Shown: positions 46,301 to 55,933 of the stretch, one piece after another
How positions within the stretch are numbered: the stretch's first letter is position 1
How the letters are laid out: every line of letters begins with the position of its first letter
Assembly: GCA_942492865.1 (NCBI GenBank)
Contig: OW818650.1
Location: 87,892 to 151,891 of the forward strand
DNA: 64,000 nt
Direction: 5' to 3'
Origin: an uncultured Bacteroidales bacterium
GTDB lineage: Bacteria > Bacteroidota > Bacteroidia > Bacteroidales > VadinHA17
Position numbers and translations under genes: made by a program
The notes under the pieces: model-generated
What the model was told of the DNA's origin: nothing
What the model saw: the letters and a program-made list of their open reading frames with translations, nothing else
The model's database searches: none

Positions 46301-47560
46301 TCAGCCTTTCTCCAGCTGCCTGTAAATAATCAACAGCTCAGGTGCATCTCCTGAGGTCTGACCGCCATCAATAATTCTGAGCAGCCCGGCAGCGGCCTCT
46401 TCAACAGGGATTTTCTCATAAGCATCGTGGTGAACTGCATTCAAATACTTCACAATCCTGAACATATTGAACCACCCGAAGAACCTATTCCTGAAGGATA
46501 TAATCCCGGAGGTATTTCTATTTATCTCATCCATCTTTTCGATGAATTCGACTTGATCGAGATAAGATCTGACTGAAAGAGGAATATCCGGGTATCTCTC
46601 TTTAATACCCTCTAAAGGTATTAAGCAAAAGTTATCAATTAGTGCAAAAAATTCATGAAGGTCAATAAAAGCTTCTATATTGTATGACAAGAACCTGTGA
46701 CTCTTCTCGTCAATCATTTTTGAGATTGTGGCCCCTGTTCCGAAAGGCACTCTTACAGAAGCTCTGGGTGCAGGAAAAACTGTAGTCGAAGTCAGGGAAA
46801 AATAACCTCCTGCCGGAAGAAGCTTCTGAATAAAATAAAAATCTTCCCCTGCCTGACGTCTGTTCATTCCTCCTGCCCTGATATAAGTAAGCGCCTTAAC
46901 AGCCAGGGCTGACCCGACTGTATGGAATGGGAAAGGATAACCTGCATATTTAATACCCTGCAGAAAATATCGAAGATGAAGCTCATACCAGGTTATAAAT
47001 GAATAATTAACAACTGGATAATCGACGCCAGACAGAGGATGTTCAAAATAGATTGAACATGCTGAATGACGGGGATTTTCCAGCAATTCTCTTTCAATTG
47101 AGACGAAATAATTATTTGCCACCCTGCAATCTGCATCAAGATTAGCAATAACGCCATCAGTTTTTCCGATCGTGTTGAATCTTCTGACTGCCTCATCCAT
47201 TCCTGATTTCCTGGCAAGGCCCACGCCCCATTTACTGAACGGGGGGTTAACTATATTGAATGCATAGAGCTGGAAGAAGCAATCAGGATGCTGCTTCTTC
47301 CAGCTCTCAATCGTCATTAAGCTCTCTTCATTTATCCTGAGGCTTTCCTTGAATGCATCCTGAGGTGCATTGATCACTATGAGCACTTCAGCCTTGCAGG
47401 CTGGTACATTGCATGAATAGAGTGAATCAAGCAGATGCGTTATCCCGGATTCATTATATGCCGGCACAACGATTATTATACCGGTATCATTATGGGGAGC
47501 CTCTTTGACAAATTCAGGGAATAATGCCCGGTTATCAAGCCAGTCGGAGGCGAATCCCAT
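46301..47560 (-). CDS. Glycosyltransferase family 2-like protein
   Basis: 'IIIVVPAYNESG' and a DxD-like 'NLDADCRV'. The C-terminal half is unassigned. Confidence 0.5.
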   Translation of the reverse strand: MGFASDWLDNRALFPEFVKEAPHNDTGIIIVVPAYNESGITHLLDSLYSCNVPACKAEVLIVINAPQDAFKESLRINEESLMTIESWKKQHPDCFFQLYAFNIVNPPFSKWGVGLARKSGMDEAVRRFNTIGKTDGVIANLDADCRVANNYFVSIERELLENPRHSACSIYFEHPLSGVDYPVVNYSFITWYELHLRYFLQGIKYAGYPFPFHTVGSALAVKALTYIRAGGMNRRQAGEDFYFIQKLLPAGGYFSLTSTTVFPAPRASVRVPFGTGATISKMIDEKSHRFLSYNIEAFIDLHEFFALIDNFCLIPLEGIKERYPDIPLSVRSYLDQVEFIEKMDEINRNTSGIISFRNRFFGWFNMFRIVKYLNAVHHDAYEKIPVEEAAAGLLRIIDGGQTSGDAPELLIIYRQLEKG

Positions 47561-47566
47561 TATTTA

Positions 47567-48169
47567 CTATTTTTTCTCTGCCTTGTATTTAGTATTGATA
47601 CCCTCAATAACTTTGGAGGTTATATCGAGTCCTTGTTCGCCATATAAAACTACGCTGCCAAAGCTCTTGCCGAAGATGAACTGATAATTATACTCAGCTT
47701 TATTTTCTTCAAGGAATGTTGTTATATACTCCAGGATCTGCCGGTTCATCACCTGCTCTTCTTCCATAAGGTTCGACTGAAGCTGGTCGCGCAGATTCAC
47801 GAGTTCCTGCTGCTGCCTCATCAGATTCTGCTCCATTTCGGCTGCGGTAGCCCTGGTTACAAGGCCTTTGTTAACTTTATCCTGAAAGTCTTTTGCGCCT
47901 CTTTCGTACTGGCCGCCCTTTGAATTCAACTCTGCCTCAGCTTTTTTCTGTTTTTCCATCAGATCGTTTCTCCTGTCGAAAAACATATCAAATTTGAAAA
48001 TAACAGAATCGATATTCACATAAGCAATGCCTCCGGTTGCTGAACCTACAACATTTTCGCCTGCCCTGGCACCATCATCTGATTTTAAATTTCCTGAGAA
48101 ATGCAGGAAATATAGAACGGCCACGGCTAAAAACAGGACAACAAACAGCGCTATAGATAATTTCTTCAT
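47567..48169 (-). CDS. OmpH/Skp-family periplasmic chaperone
   Basis: 200 aa with a signal peptide and a long coiled-coil-prone charged region ('ELNSKGGQYERGAKDFQDKVNKGL...'). Confidence 0.7.
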   Translation of the reverse strand: MKKLSIALFVVLFLAVAVLYFLHFSGNLKSDDGARAGENVVGSATGGIAYVNIDSVIFKFDMFFDRRNDLMEKQKKAEAELNSKGGQYERGAKDFQDKVNKGLVTRATAAEMEQNLMRQQQELVNLRDQLQSNLMEEEQVMNRQILEYITTFLEENKAEYNYQFIFGKSFGSVVLYGEQGLDITSKVIEGINTKYKAEKK

Positions 48170-48285
48170 TGTTATTAATTAAGTGTTATACAATAATAAG
48201 GGGCAAATATAAAATAAATAACAGATCAGATTATTACAGTGGCAAATTAATTTTCCAGGCTAGGCTGATAATCTATGCCGGAGGT

Positions 48286-49281
48286 CTAGAATTCGGGGCA
48301 GGGGATCGCCCTGTATTTACGCCGCTCTGACTGGCCTGAGATAATCGAGAATTCATATACCAGGGTTATTTCGTGGGCTCCCGCAGTTGAGCTTATAAGA
48401 TTTGAGATTGTGAAATCATAACTGTATCCTATATGAAGCTGGCTGGTTTTTATCCCGACCAATCCTATAATTGCATCACCTGCCTGAGAAGTCATAAAGG
48501 GGATGCCCCTGTACCATACACCGAAAATAAGCGGATCCTTCAAATAATACATACCCACATCTGACTGGTAGAACTTATCCTGCTTCTGAAAATTAATCGC
48601 CACCGAAAGCGCTTCCTGAATCTTCGCTCTGAGTCTAGACCTTTTCAGGATCTGTACTCCGCCATATAAATTGAATTTAACAGGTACAAAAGCATCTCCT
48701 CCATCGCCGTAGAAAGAAGTTTTCGGAACCAGAAGGTGATCGAGTGTAAATCCTCCCCATATCCGCTCGTTATAAACGAGTACAGAAGTAGCAAAGTCAA
48801 CATCTGCTACATTGTCGAACGGAGGAGGTGAAACAGACGGTGTTGTTCCGCTGCCCGAAATCTGGCTGTTAAAGATCAGCTTACCAATATTTAATCCGAG
48901 ATAGTAGAATTTAAAGTTTATCCCAGGCCTTACATGCCATTCCTTATTAATATTGAAATCGTATGAATATAGCAATCCGATGTTGGTGGTACTCAGGTCC
49001 CCTGATCCTGCAACATCATAAGTCGCCATTATTCCAATACCCGAATTATAATTTGGCAGGGCTTTATCGTAAGTTATGTTATAGGTATTGAACACACCCG
49101 GCACTGCGGGCCACTGGTTCCTGTAAGTAAATCCGAACCTGTTATCCTGGATCGCTCCGGCAAATGAAGGAGAAAGGTAAAGAGGATTGGCATAGAACTG
49201 GGAAAAAGTAGGATCCTGCCCAAAGCTATCTGCAAGCAGTATGAAGAATAATATAAATATATATTTGATCCTCTTCAGCAA
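48286..49281 (-). CDS. Type IX secretion system membrane protein, PorP/SprF family
   Basis: Signal peptide followed by 'QDPTFSQFYANPLYLSPSFAG', the family's hallmark N-terminus. Predicted beta-barrel composition. Confidence 0.75.
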   Translation of the reverse strand: MLKRIKYIFILFFILLADSFGQDPTFSQFYANPLYLSPSFAGAIQDNRFGFTYRNQWPAVPGVFNTYNITYDKALPNYNSGIGIMATYDVAGSGDLSTTNIGLLYSYDFNINKEWHVRPGINFKFYYLGLNIGKLIFNSQISGSGTTPSVSPPPFDNVADVDFATSVLVYNERIWGGFTLDHLLVPKTSFYGDGGDAFVPVKFNLYGGVQILKRSRLRAKIQEALSVAINFQKQDKFYQSDVGMYYLKDPLIFGVWYRGIPFMTSQAGDAIIGLVGIKTSQLHIGYSYDFTISNLISSTAGAHEITLVYEFSIISGQSERRKYRAIPCPEF

Positions 49282-49458
49282 GGCCGTTTAGGTTAATTAT
49301 CGAAAAATAGTCAATTGAATTTACATTTCACTCTTGTTTTACGAAATTTCCCCGATAAAGTTACACCGGCGCAAGAATAAAAGTAAGACCCAATGCCCTT
49401 TTTTAATGAAACTAACTGTACCTGAAGTGGAAAGCTAAGAATATAACTGATAACAATT

Positions 49459-50769
49459 TTAATACTTAAGCAGAGTAACATCTCCTCTTTTGGTGAACGG
49501 CTGATCATTTACAAATCGTCCACGTACTTCCCATACATAAACACCAGGCTCGCTCATCTGACCTTTGAAATAGCCGTCCCAGCCAACATTGATCTCGTTG
49601 GTTTCAAAAATCAGGATCCCTATTTTGCTGTATATCTTCAGCTGATATTCTGCAATACCTGAAAATACAGGGTGGAAGACCTGTGCTGATTCATCACTTT
49701 TGGTTGAGTAATATCCACCTGTCGGACCTCCGGTATTAGGTATGAATGCATTTGGGAAATTGATAAAGTAATGTTTACCCTTAAAGTCATTTTTTACAAT
49801 CAGTGAATCAGCGCATCCGTTTTCTGATGATGCGATCAGCATTACGTCATAAATGCCTGGCTGAGAATACCGGTACTCAGGTTCAAAGAGTTCAGATGAC
49901 GATCCATCACCGAAATGCCACCTGAACCTCGCAGCATTTAACGAGTAGTTTATGAATTTGCTCTTATCGTCGCTTTCATCCCCGGGCTGACGGATCTCAA
50001 ACCTTGCTATAGGCCTCGGATGAACTGTTACCATAGTGGACGATGTAATGTAAGAACCATCGGTTTGTCGTGCAATAAGCTCTATTGTATATTCACCTTC
50101 AGCATTGAATATCCATTCTGGTTCCCTTTCAGAAGAAGAACCCTCCTCTCCAAATGACCACTGGTAGGTATCATACGCACCTTGGTTACTGCTGAATTTT
50201 ATTTTCAGTGGAGCACAACCTTCCATCATTGATGTTTCAATCAGGCCATCAATGAACTGGCTTCTTCCCTGGAGCCGGTTGATATCTCCCTCGACTTTAT
50301 TGTTGAATAATCCTTTGATCGAAAAGATCTCTTTACCACGCGGAGTGATCATATCCTCCCTAACCAGACTCTTTTCGCTGACATCAGTCTTTTGTTTTCT
50401 GCCGCTATCACTATTTATTCTGCCGGTATTTTCCCTTACACTATAACCTGTTTGTTTCTCAGTGTTACTATCCGGCGATTTCTGTAGAATAACAGACTTG
50501 CTTGAATCTGTAGCCTGGTCCGGACCACCACCGGGAACGGGTTGGCTATCTCCTCTCCTGAACACATCGGTTGTTAAGATAAAGGCGGTGGCTGCTGATA
50601 ATAAGAGGAAGGAAACATAATAAATATTGATGCGGGAAGGATTGAAACGGAAAAACTCTTTCCGAGCGACTCTCCGCATAAGATCGTCCTTCAGCCATTC
50701 TGAAGGAGTAACCTCAGCGTTTTCGAGCCTGCTCCTGAACAAATTCCCTATGTTATCCTGTTCTTCCAC
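49459..50769 (-). CDS. Membrane-anchored protein with two PKD domains and a T9SS type-B (gliding-motility-associated) C-terminal sorting domain; sits in the anti-sigma position
   Basis: ~50 charged residues, then a TM helix 'INIYYVSFLLLSAATAFILT'. PKD signatures 'YQWSFGEEG' and 'FRWHFGDGS'. C-terminal 'FPNAFIPNTGG...VGWDGYFKGQMSEPGVYVWEV...GDVTLLKY'. Confidence 0.65.
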   Translation of the reverse strand: MEEQDNIGNLFRSRLENAEVTPSEWLKDDLMRRVARKEFFRFNPSRINIYYVSFLLLSAATAFILTTDVFRRGDSQPVPGGGPDQATDSSKSVILQKSPDSNTEKQTGYSVRENTGRINSDSGRKQKTDVSEKSLVREDMITPRGKEIFSIKGLFNNKVEGDINRLQGRSQFIDGLIETSMMEGCAPLKIKFSSNQGAYDTYQWSFGEEGSSSEREPEWIFNAEGEYTIELIARQTDGSYITSSTMVTVHPRPIARFEIRQPGDESDDKSKFINYSLNAARFRWHFGDGSSSELFEPEYRYSQPGIYDVMLIASSENGCADSLIVKNDFKGKHYFINFPNAFIPNTGGPTGGYYSTKSDESAQVFHPVFSGIAEYQLKIYSKIGILIFETNEINVGWDGYFKGQMSEPGVYVWEVRGRFVNDQPFTKRGDVTLLKY

Positions 50770-50802
50770 TCTGAAATAATCAATTAGGTAAAAAACGATA
50801 TA

Positions 50803-51360
50803 TTAACCTTTATAAGTGCTTTTCAGTTTATCCAGTTTCTCAAGTTTTTCCCTTATCACTGCTTTTGCCCTGCTATATTGAGATTTTGATGTATTTGTAT
50901 CTATTCCAAGCATTTCTGCAATTTCTTTATGCTTATACCCTTCAACTGCATAAAGGTTGAAAACCATCCTGTAACCTGCCGGCAACTCATTCAACACACT
51001 GTAAAGCTCATCGGCTGTATAAATATCCTCATTAAAACTGTTCACCCCTGTCTCCACCGACACATATTCATCAATATCTATATGGTACCTGAACTTCAGA
51101 TTTTTATGATAATGAGTGATGGCCGTGTTGACAGCAACCTTTCTCAGCCAGCCTATAAAAGAACCTGTTCCCGAATATTCTTTTATGTTAAAGAATATCT
51201 TCAAAAAACTGTCCTGCAAAATATCCTCCGCTTCAGCCCTGTCGGATGCATATCTTAAACACACACCAAGGAGGAGCCTTGAATACTTATCGTACAAAAT
51301 CTGTTGCGCCCTTCTTTCATTCCGAGCACACCCTTCAATTATTTCCGGGTCGCTCATCAT
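50803..51360 (-). CDS. ECF-type RNA polymerase sigma-70 factor
   Basis: Region 2 'LYDKYSRLLLGVCLRYASDRAEAEDILQDSFLKIF' and region 4 'LPAGYRMVFNLYAVEGYKHKEIAEMLGIDTNTSKSQYSRAK'. Confidence 0.85.
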   Translation of the reverse strand: MMSDPEIIEGCARNERRAQQILYDKYSRLLLGVCLRYASDRAEAEDILQDSFLKIFFNIKEYSGTGSFIGWLRKVAVNTAITHYHKNLKFRYHIDIDEYVSVETGVNSFNEDIYTADELYSVLNELPAGYRMVFNLYAVEGYKHKEIAEMLGIDTNTSKSQYSRAKAVIREKLEKLDKLKSTYKG

Positions 51361-51529
51361 AAAGTGCGGACAATTCTAAGACCAGTGTGTAAAAAAAATG
51401 GTTGCATTTCTTAAAAAAGATTTCTTCCAAATTAAATAATTTCAATGATTATATTTCACAACATCCCTGATAAAGGTCATTAAAAAATAAAATAAGAGTC
51501 TTTATATTAATGGTTTAAAATAAAAAAAA

Positions 51530-51537
51530 TATTTTTG
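51530..51537 (+). promoter_or_regulatory. Candidate Bacteroidota -7 element TATTTTTG upstream of the proline dehydrogenase gene
   Basis: Matches TAnnTTTG and lies 30 nt upstream of the ATG at 51567. Confidence 0.3.
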
Positions 51538-51566
51538 CGCCGGATCTCTTTTATTTAATCTCTGTC

Positions 51567-52478
51567 ATGTTTAATAAAATTATTGCCTGGGCTCTGCCAT
51601 ATTTCCCTGAAAAATTTATCTGGATCTTTTCAAGGGCTTATATAGCAGGCGAAACCATTGAAGATGCGATGCGGGTATCAAAAACCCTGAATAACAAGAA
51701 TATAAAGGTTACGATCGACATTCTCGGAGAATTCATTAAAAACCTTGAAGAGGCCGAACAGAACAAAAAAGATTATATTAAGCTTATCGAGATCAGCAAT
51801 TCACAAGGCATAGACGGCAATGTTTCACTCAAACCAACAAGTTTCGGATTGCTGATTGACGAGGAGGTATGCTACAGACATATATCAGAAATAATTGCCA
51901 CTGCAGCAAAATATAATGGATTCGTAAGAATAGATATGGAAGATTCGGCCTGCACCGATTTGGAAATAAAGCTGTTCCGCAGGCTTAAAAGAGAATTTCC
52001 GGCAAATGTCGGACTCGTTGTTCAGGCATATCTTAAGAGAACGCTTGATGATGTTAAAAGTATGGCCGATCTTAATTCAGATTCAGCTCCATTGAGTTTC
52101 AGATTATGCAAGGGGATCTATGTCGAACCTGAGGCAATAGCATACAGGAGGTATGAGGAAGTAAACCAGCATTTTTTAGAGGTTCTGGAATATCTGCTTA
52201 AAAACAAGATACATGCAGGCATTGCCACTCACGATAAGTTTCTTATTGACGGGTCGTATGATCTGCTTGAGAAATACAATGTCCCAAAAAACATGTATGA
52301 GTTCCAGATGCTATACGGGGTTACTCCGGGATTAAGGGATAGCATTGTGGATAATGGCCATCCCATGAGGGTTTATGTGCCTTATGGGGAAAAATGGTTC
52401 AATTATTCTACAAGGAGGCTGAAGGAAAATCCGAAAATGGCAAGCCATATTATTAAGGCTGTTTTTGTTAAAGGATGA
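51567..52478 (+). CDS. Proline dehydrogenase (monofunctional)
   Basis: 303 aa. 'VRIDMEDS', 'VVQAYLKRT', 'RLCKGIY', 'IATHD', 'EFQMLYG', 'YVPYG...YSTRRLKENP'. Confidence 0.75.
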   Translation: MFNKIIAWALPYFPEKFIWIFSRAYIAGETIEDAMRVSKTLNNKNIKVTIDILGEFIKNLEEAEQNKKDYIKLIEISNSQGIDGNVSLKPTSFGLLIDEEVCYRHISEIIATAAKYNGFVRIDMEDSACTDLEIKLFRRLKREFPANVGLVVQAYLKRTLDDVKSMADLNSDSAPLSFRLCKGIYVEPEAIAYRRYEEVNQHFLEVLEYLLKNKIHAGIATHDKFLIDGSYDLLEKYNVPKNMYEFQMLYGVTPGLRDSIVDNGHPMRVYVPYGEKWFNYSTRRLKENPKMASHIIKAVFVKG

Positions 52479-52528
52479 ATGAATAAAGGCCTGAGGGTGC
52501 ATCTTAAGACCTCGCCTTTATGCTCTTA

Positions 52529-53101
52529 TCACAAATTAAGGATTATTTCAGAAAGAGGTCTTTTAGGTACATGATGGTTCTTCTCATCGTCCCTCCAGTA
52601 CTTAACATCGCCATCTTTTATCTCGTCGATAATTACTTTTTCTACCGGTTTTCCCAGGGCAAGGACCAATAATATATCGAATCTGGTGTCAATAGATAAT
52701 TCGTTTCGCAGTTCCTCTCTTTTAATTGATGCGATCATGCAACCACCCAGTCCGTTCTCGGAAGCTCCCAGCATAATGCTCTGTGCTGCAATGCCATGGT
52801 CAACACCGAAGGTATCGGTAATTGATCTGTCGCCCAGCACAATAATATAGCCAGAAGGCCTCTCTCCCTCAACCGGACCATCCCAGTCCTTAAGGTAAGC
52901 AGCCCAGACCAGCGATGGAAAGATCCTTTTACAGTCATCAATTGAATTGTAAATAAGGTACTTCAAAGGCTGCCTGTTTGCACCTGATGCTGAAAGCCTT
53001 GCAAGATCAGCCAGACCGGTCAATAATGTTCTGCTTATCCGGTATTTTTCATCGAACCGGCGATATGACCTTGTTTTATATACCAGATCTTTAAATTTCA
53101 T
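52529..53101 (-). CDS. Nitroreductase-family flavoprotein
   Basis: 'TRSYRRF', 'LSASGANRQPLKY', 'DHGIAAQSIMLGA'. Confidence 0.7.
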   Translation of the reverse strand: MKFKDLVYKTRSYRRFDEKYRISRTLLTGLADLARLSASGANRQPLKYLIYNSIDDCKRIFPSLVWAAYLKDWDGPVEGERPSGYIIVLGDRSITDTFGVDHGIAAQSIMLGASENGLGGCMIASIKREELRNELSIDTRFDILLVLALGKPVEKVIIDEIKDGDVKYWRDDEKNHHVPKRPLSEIILNL

Positions 53102-53116
53102 TCTGAATAAATTGGT

Positions 53117-53950
53117 TTATGATGACACAAATATTTTTTCAGGCACAGGCGGTATGACACCTTTCTCGCCACCGATCCTGAATAGTTCTTTTATCGCATT
53201 TTTTCCCTGGTCGCCCAGGTCGAGTGTGAATTTATTCACATACAGTTTTATATGACTATTCATAACCTCACTTTCCATAGCCCGTGCATTCTGCCTTACA
53301 AAATCGAATGATGCCAGTGAATCGGAATATGCATACTCGAGGCTCCTTCTTATAACCCTTTCAACTTTCAGAGCCGTTTCATGAGGGATCTTCCTGTTTA
53401 TGACAATTGCTCCCAGAGGAATGGGAAGACCTGTCTTCTCCTCCCAGTATTCACCCATATCAGCTATTTTATGCAGTCCCTTTAAATGATAAGAGAACCT
53501 TGTCTCATGTATAAGAAGACCGGCATCAGCCTCTTCACTCAAAACTGCATCTTCGATACTGGAAAAAAGATATTCTTTTTTACGGGTTGCCTCAGGCCAT
53601 GCAATGCTGAACAGCAGATTTGCTGTGGTGTATTTTCCCGGTATTGCGATCCTTGCCTCATTAACTTCTTCGGCATTAAGAAGCTTTTTGCTGATAAGCA
53701 AGGGACCATTATGAAAGCCCAGGGCGCTACCTGAATTGAGAATAAGATAGTTTTGCGAAGTATAGGTATAAGCATGATAGCTTATTTTTGTAATATCAAC
53801 ATCTGATGCAAATGCCCTTCTATTTAAATCCTCAATATCGGCAAGGAAAAAATCAAATTCAAGTCCTTCAGTATCAATCCTGCCGTGCACCATTGCGTCG
53901 AAAACAAATGTATCGTTGGGGCATGGCGAGAAACCCAGTGTCAATTTCAT
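53117..53950 (-). CDS. mqnD: 1,4-dihydroxy-6-naphthoate synthase (futalosine pathway)
   Basis: 'LTLGFSPCPNDTFVFDAMVHGRIDTEG' is the N-terminus typical of MqnD within the MqnA/MqnD family. Confidence 0.7.
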   Translation of the reverse strand: MKLTLGFSPCPNDTFVFDAMVHGRIDTEGLEFDFFLADIEDLNRRAFASDVDITKISYHAYTYTSQNYLILNSGSALGFHNGPLLISKKLLNAEEVNEARIAIPGKYTTANLLFSIAWPEATRKKEYLFSSIEDAVLSEEADAGLLIHETRFSYHLKGLHKIADMGEYWEEKTGLPIPLGAIVINRKIPHETALKVERVIRRSLEYAYSDSLASFDFVRQNARAMESEVMNSHIKLYVNKFTLDLGDQGKNAIKELFRIGGEKGVIPPVPEKIFVSS

Positions 53951-53957
53951 GTCAATT

Positions 53958-54656
53958 TTAATACAACGTTATCAAAAGATCCTCTAATTTTTCTGACAGG
54001 CTCTTCAAGGCAAATGGAATATCCCATTTACTTTTATCACGGGCACCAACCATGTTGGAAATTGCCCTGACCGCCAGGAAAGGTATTTCTTCCCGCCTGC
54101 AAATATAGAAAAAAGTGGCGCCCTCCATAGTTTCGATATCAGGATTAAATTTTGATATTAATTTTTGCCTGGTGATCTCCGATCCTGTCGCCATATTAAC
54201 CGTGACAGCATTTACCGGCTGCAATTGCCTCTTTACGATCTCCGTAAATTTGTTTTTGCAAACCAGTTTCCCTGCTGAAAAAGGGAAAGCATCAGCATCG
54301 GATAAACCGGCTTCAGGGAGAGTCATGAACTGGTCGCCATCCTCAATGCCCGAATCGGCGAAGCAATCTGAAACCGGGAGTACCACCTCTCCTATTCCGA
54401 AATCCTCTCTGAAGCTTCCGGCAATCCCGGCATTAATGACAAGGCCGGGGCTTTCATGGGTGCAAAACCATTTTGTCATTGCCCATGCAGTTTCCATTGA
54501 CCCTACGCCTGTTACCAGCGGGAAAATCTCAAGTCCGTTAAGCCGGTAATGTTGCTCATTAAGTTCCATTCCTCTGACTCTTTTCAGTATCTCGGCCTCG
54601 GCACGGGTAGCTGAAACATATAGGATCTTAATTGGCATAGCGGCTTTAATCAGCAC
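53958..54656 (-). CDS. mqnB: Futalosine hydrolase-like nucleosidase (PNP/UDP-1 family)
   Basis: 232 aa. 'LVTGVGSMETA', 'INAGIAGSF', 'ETMEGATFFYIC'. Adjacent to mqnD. Confidence 0.6.
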   Translation of the reverse strand: MLIKAAMPIKILYVSATRAEAEILKRVRGMELNEQHYRLNGLEIFPLVTGVGSMETAWAMTKWFCTHESPGLVINAGIAGSFREDFGIGEVVLPVSDCFADSGIEDGDQFMTLPEAGLSDADAFPFSAGKLVCKNKFTEIVKRQLQPVNAVTVNMATGSEITRQKLISKFNPDIETMEGATFFYICRREEIPFLAVRAISNMVGARDKSKWDIPFALKSLSEKLEDLLITLY

Positions 54657-54818
54657 AAATGTATAAAATTAAGTTGATGGCCTGCTTAATGAAACAACTA
54701 TCATAAGAAAGGTCGTTAATGCTGCATTGAGTGTTGAATACAGTTAACAAAATTACCTGTTTGGCCAGATTGATAAATTAAAATTGGTAATATTGTATAA
54801 TAATTAACATACTTCTCA

Positions 54819-55229
54819 ATGATCTTTCTAACCCGCAGGGAACAATTCAGTGCTGCCCACAGAATGTACCGCAAGGATTGGAGCGATAATAAAAACTTCG
54901 CTGTTTTTGGCAAGTGCTCAAATCCCAACTGGCACGGTCATAATTATGTAATGTTTGTAACGGTAAAGGGCGAGATCACTGAAGAGCATGGTTTCGTTAT
55001 GGACCTGGATAAACTAAAGAAAATCATCCAGGAAAAAGTTATACAGAAGATCGATCATAAAAACATTAACATCGATGTTGATTTTATGAAAGACAAGATC
55101 GCAACTACAGAAAATCTTGTTGTATCGATATGGAACGAACTAAAACCTGCAATAGAGAAGGAAGGGATAAGCCTGCATTGCATAAGACTGGAAGAAACAG
55201 AAAATAATTCATTTGAATATTATGGCTAA
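54819..55229 (+). CDS. 6-pyruvoyl-tetrahydropterin / 6-carboxytetrahydropterin synthase family protein (PTPS/QueD)
   Basis: 'FSAAHRM' and '[11 protein letters not shown]' (Cys-X5-His-Gly-His spacing). 136 aa. Confidence 0.8.
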   Translation: MIFLTRREQFSAAHRMYRKDWSDNKNFAVFGKCSNPNWHGHNYVMFVTVKGEITEEHGFVMDLDKLKKIIQEKVIQKIDHKNINIDVDFMKDKIATTENLVVSIWNELKPAIEKEGISLHCIRLEETENNSFEYYG

Positions 55230-55887
55230 AATGGATGCTACGGATAGAAATATTGAAAAGATAAATGACGGATCGGGGAAATTGAATTCCAGGTATAATA
55301 AAATTGAGACCTGGAACACTGAGACCATTGAGGAACTTGCAGCAATATACAGGCGTGTGCTTCAGCTGCTTGGAGAAGATCCCGACAGGGAAGGGCTTCT
55401 TCAGACCCCTGTAAGAGTAGCCAAAGCGATGAATTTCATGACCACCGGTTACTTCCAGAATCCATGCGAGATAATTAATGGGGCAAAGTTCAGGGAGGAA
55501 TACAAGCAGATGGTTCTGGTAAAGGACATAGATATCTATTCAATGTGCGAACATCACATGCTTCCATTTTATGGAAAGGCTCATGTTGCTTACATACCAG
55601 ATGGCTATATCACCGGATTAAGTAAAATAGCAAGGGTCGTTGATGCTTTCAGCCGCAGGCTACAGGTGCAGGAAAGACTTACTACCCAGATACGGAACTG
55701 CATACAGGAATGCCTGAATCCGGTAGGAGTAGCTGTTGTCATTGAAGCTCAGCACATGTGCATGCAGATGAGGGGTGTTCAAAAACAAAATTCAGTAACT
55801 ACTACCTCGGCGTTCACAGGGATATTTCTTTCTGAACTCAGCACAAGGGAAGAGTTTATCAATCTTATAGGTTCAAAACTTCATTAA
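55213..55887 (+). CDS. folE: GTP cyclohydrolase I
   Basis: '[14 protein letters not shown]', '[10 protein letters not shown]', '[10 protein letters not shown]', '[12 protein letters not shown]'. 17-nt overlap with the PTPS gene. Confidence 0.9.
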   Translation: MNIMAKMDATDRNIEKINDGSGKLNSRYNKIETWNTETIEELAAIYRRVLQLLGEDPDREGLLQTPVRVAKAMNFMTTGYFQNPCEIINGAKFREEYKQMVLVKDIDIYSMCEHHMLPFYGKAHVAYIPDGYITGLSKIARVVDAFSRRLQVQERLTTQIRNCIQECLNPVGVAVVIEAQHMCMQMRGVQKQNSVTTTSAFTGIFLSELSTREEFINLIGSKLH

Positions 55888-55933
55888 GATTTACCATATA
55901 ATCGTCACACCAAACAACTTAATCAGATAATTT

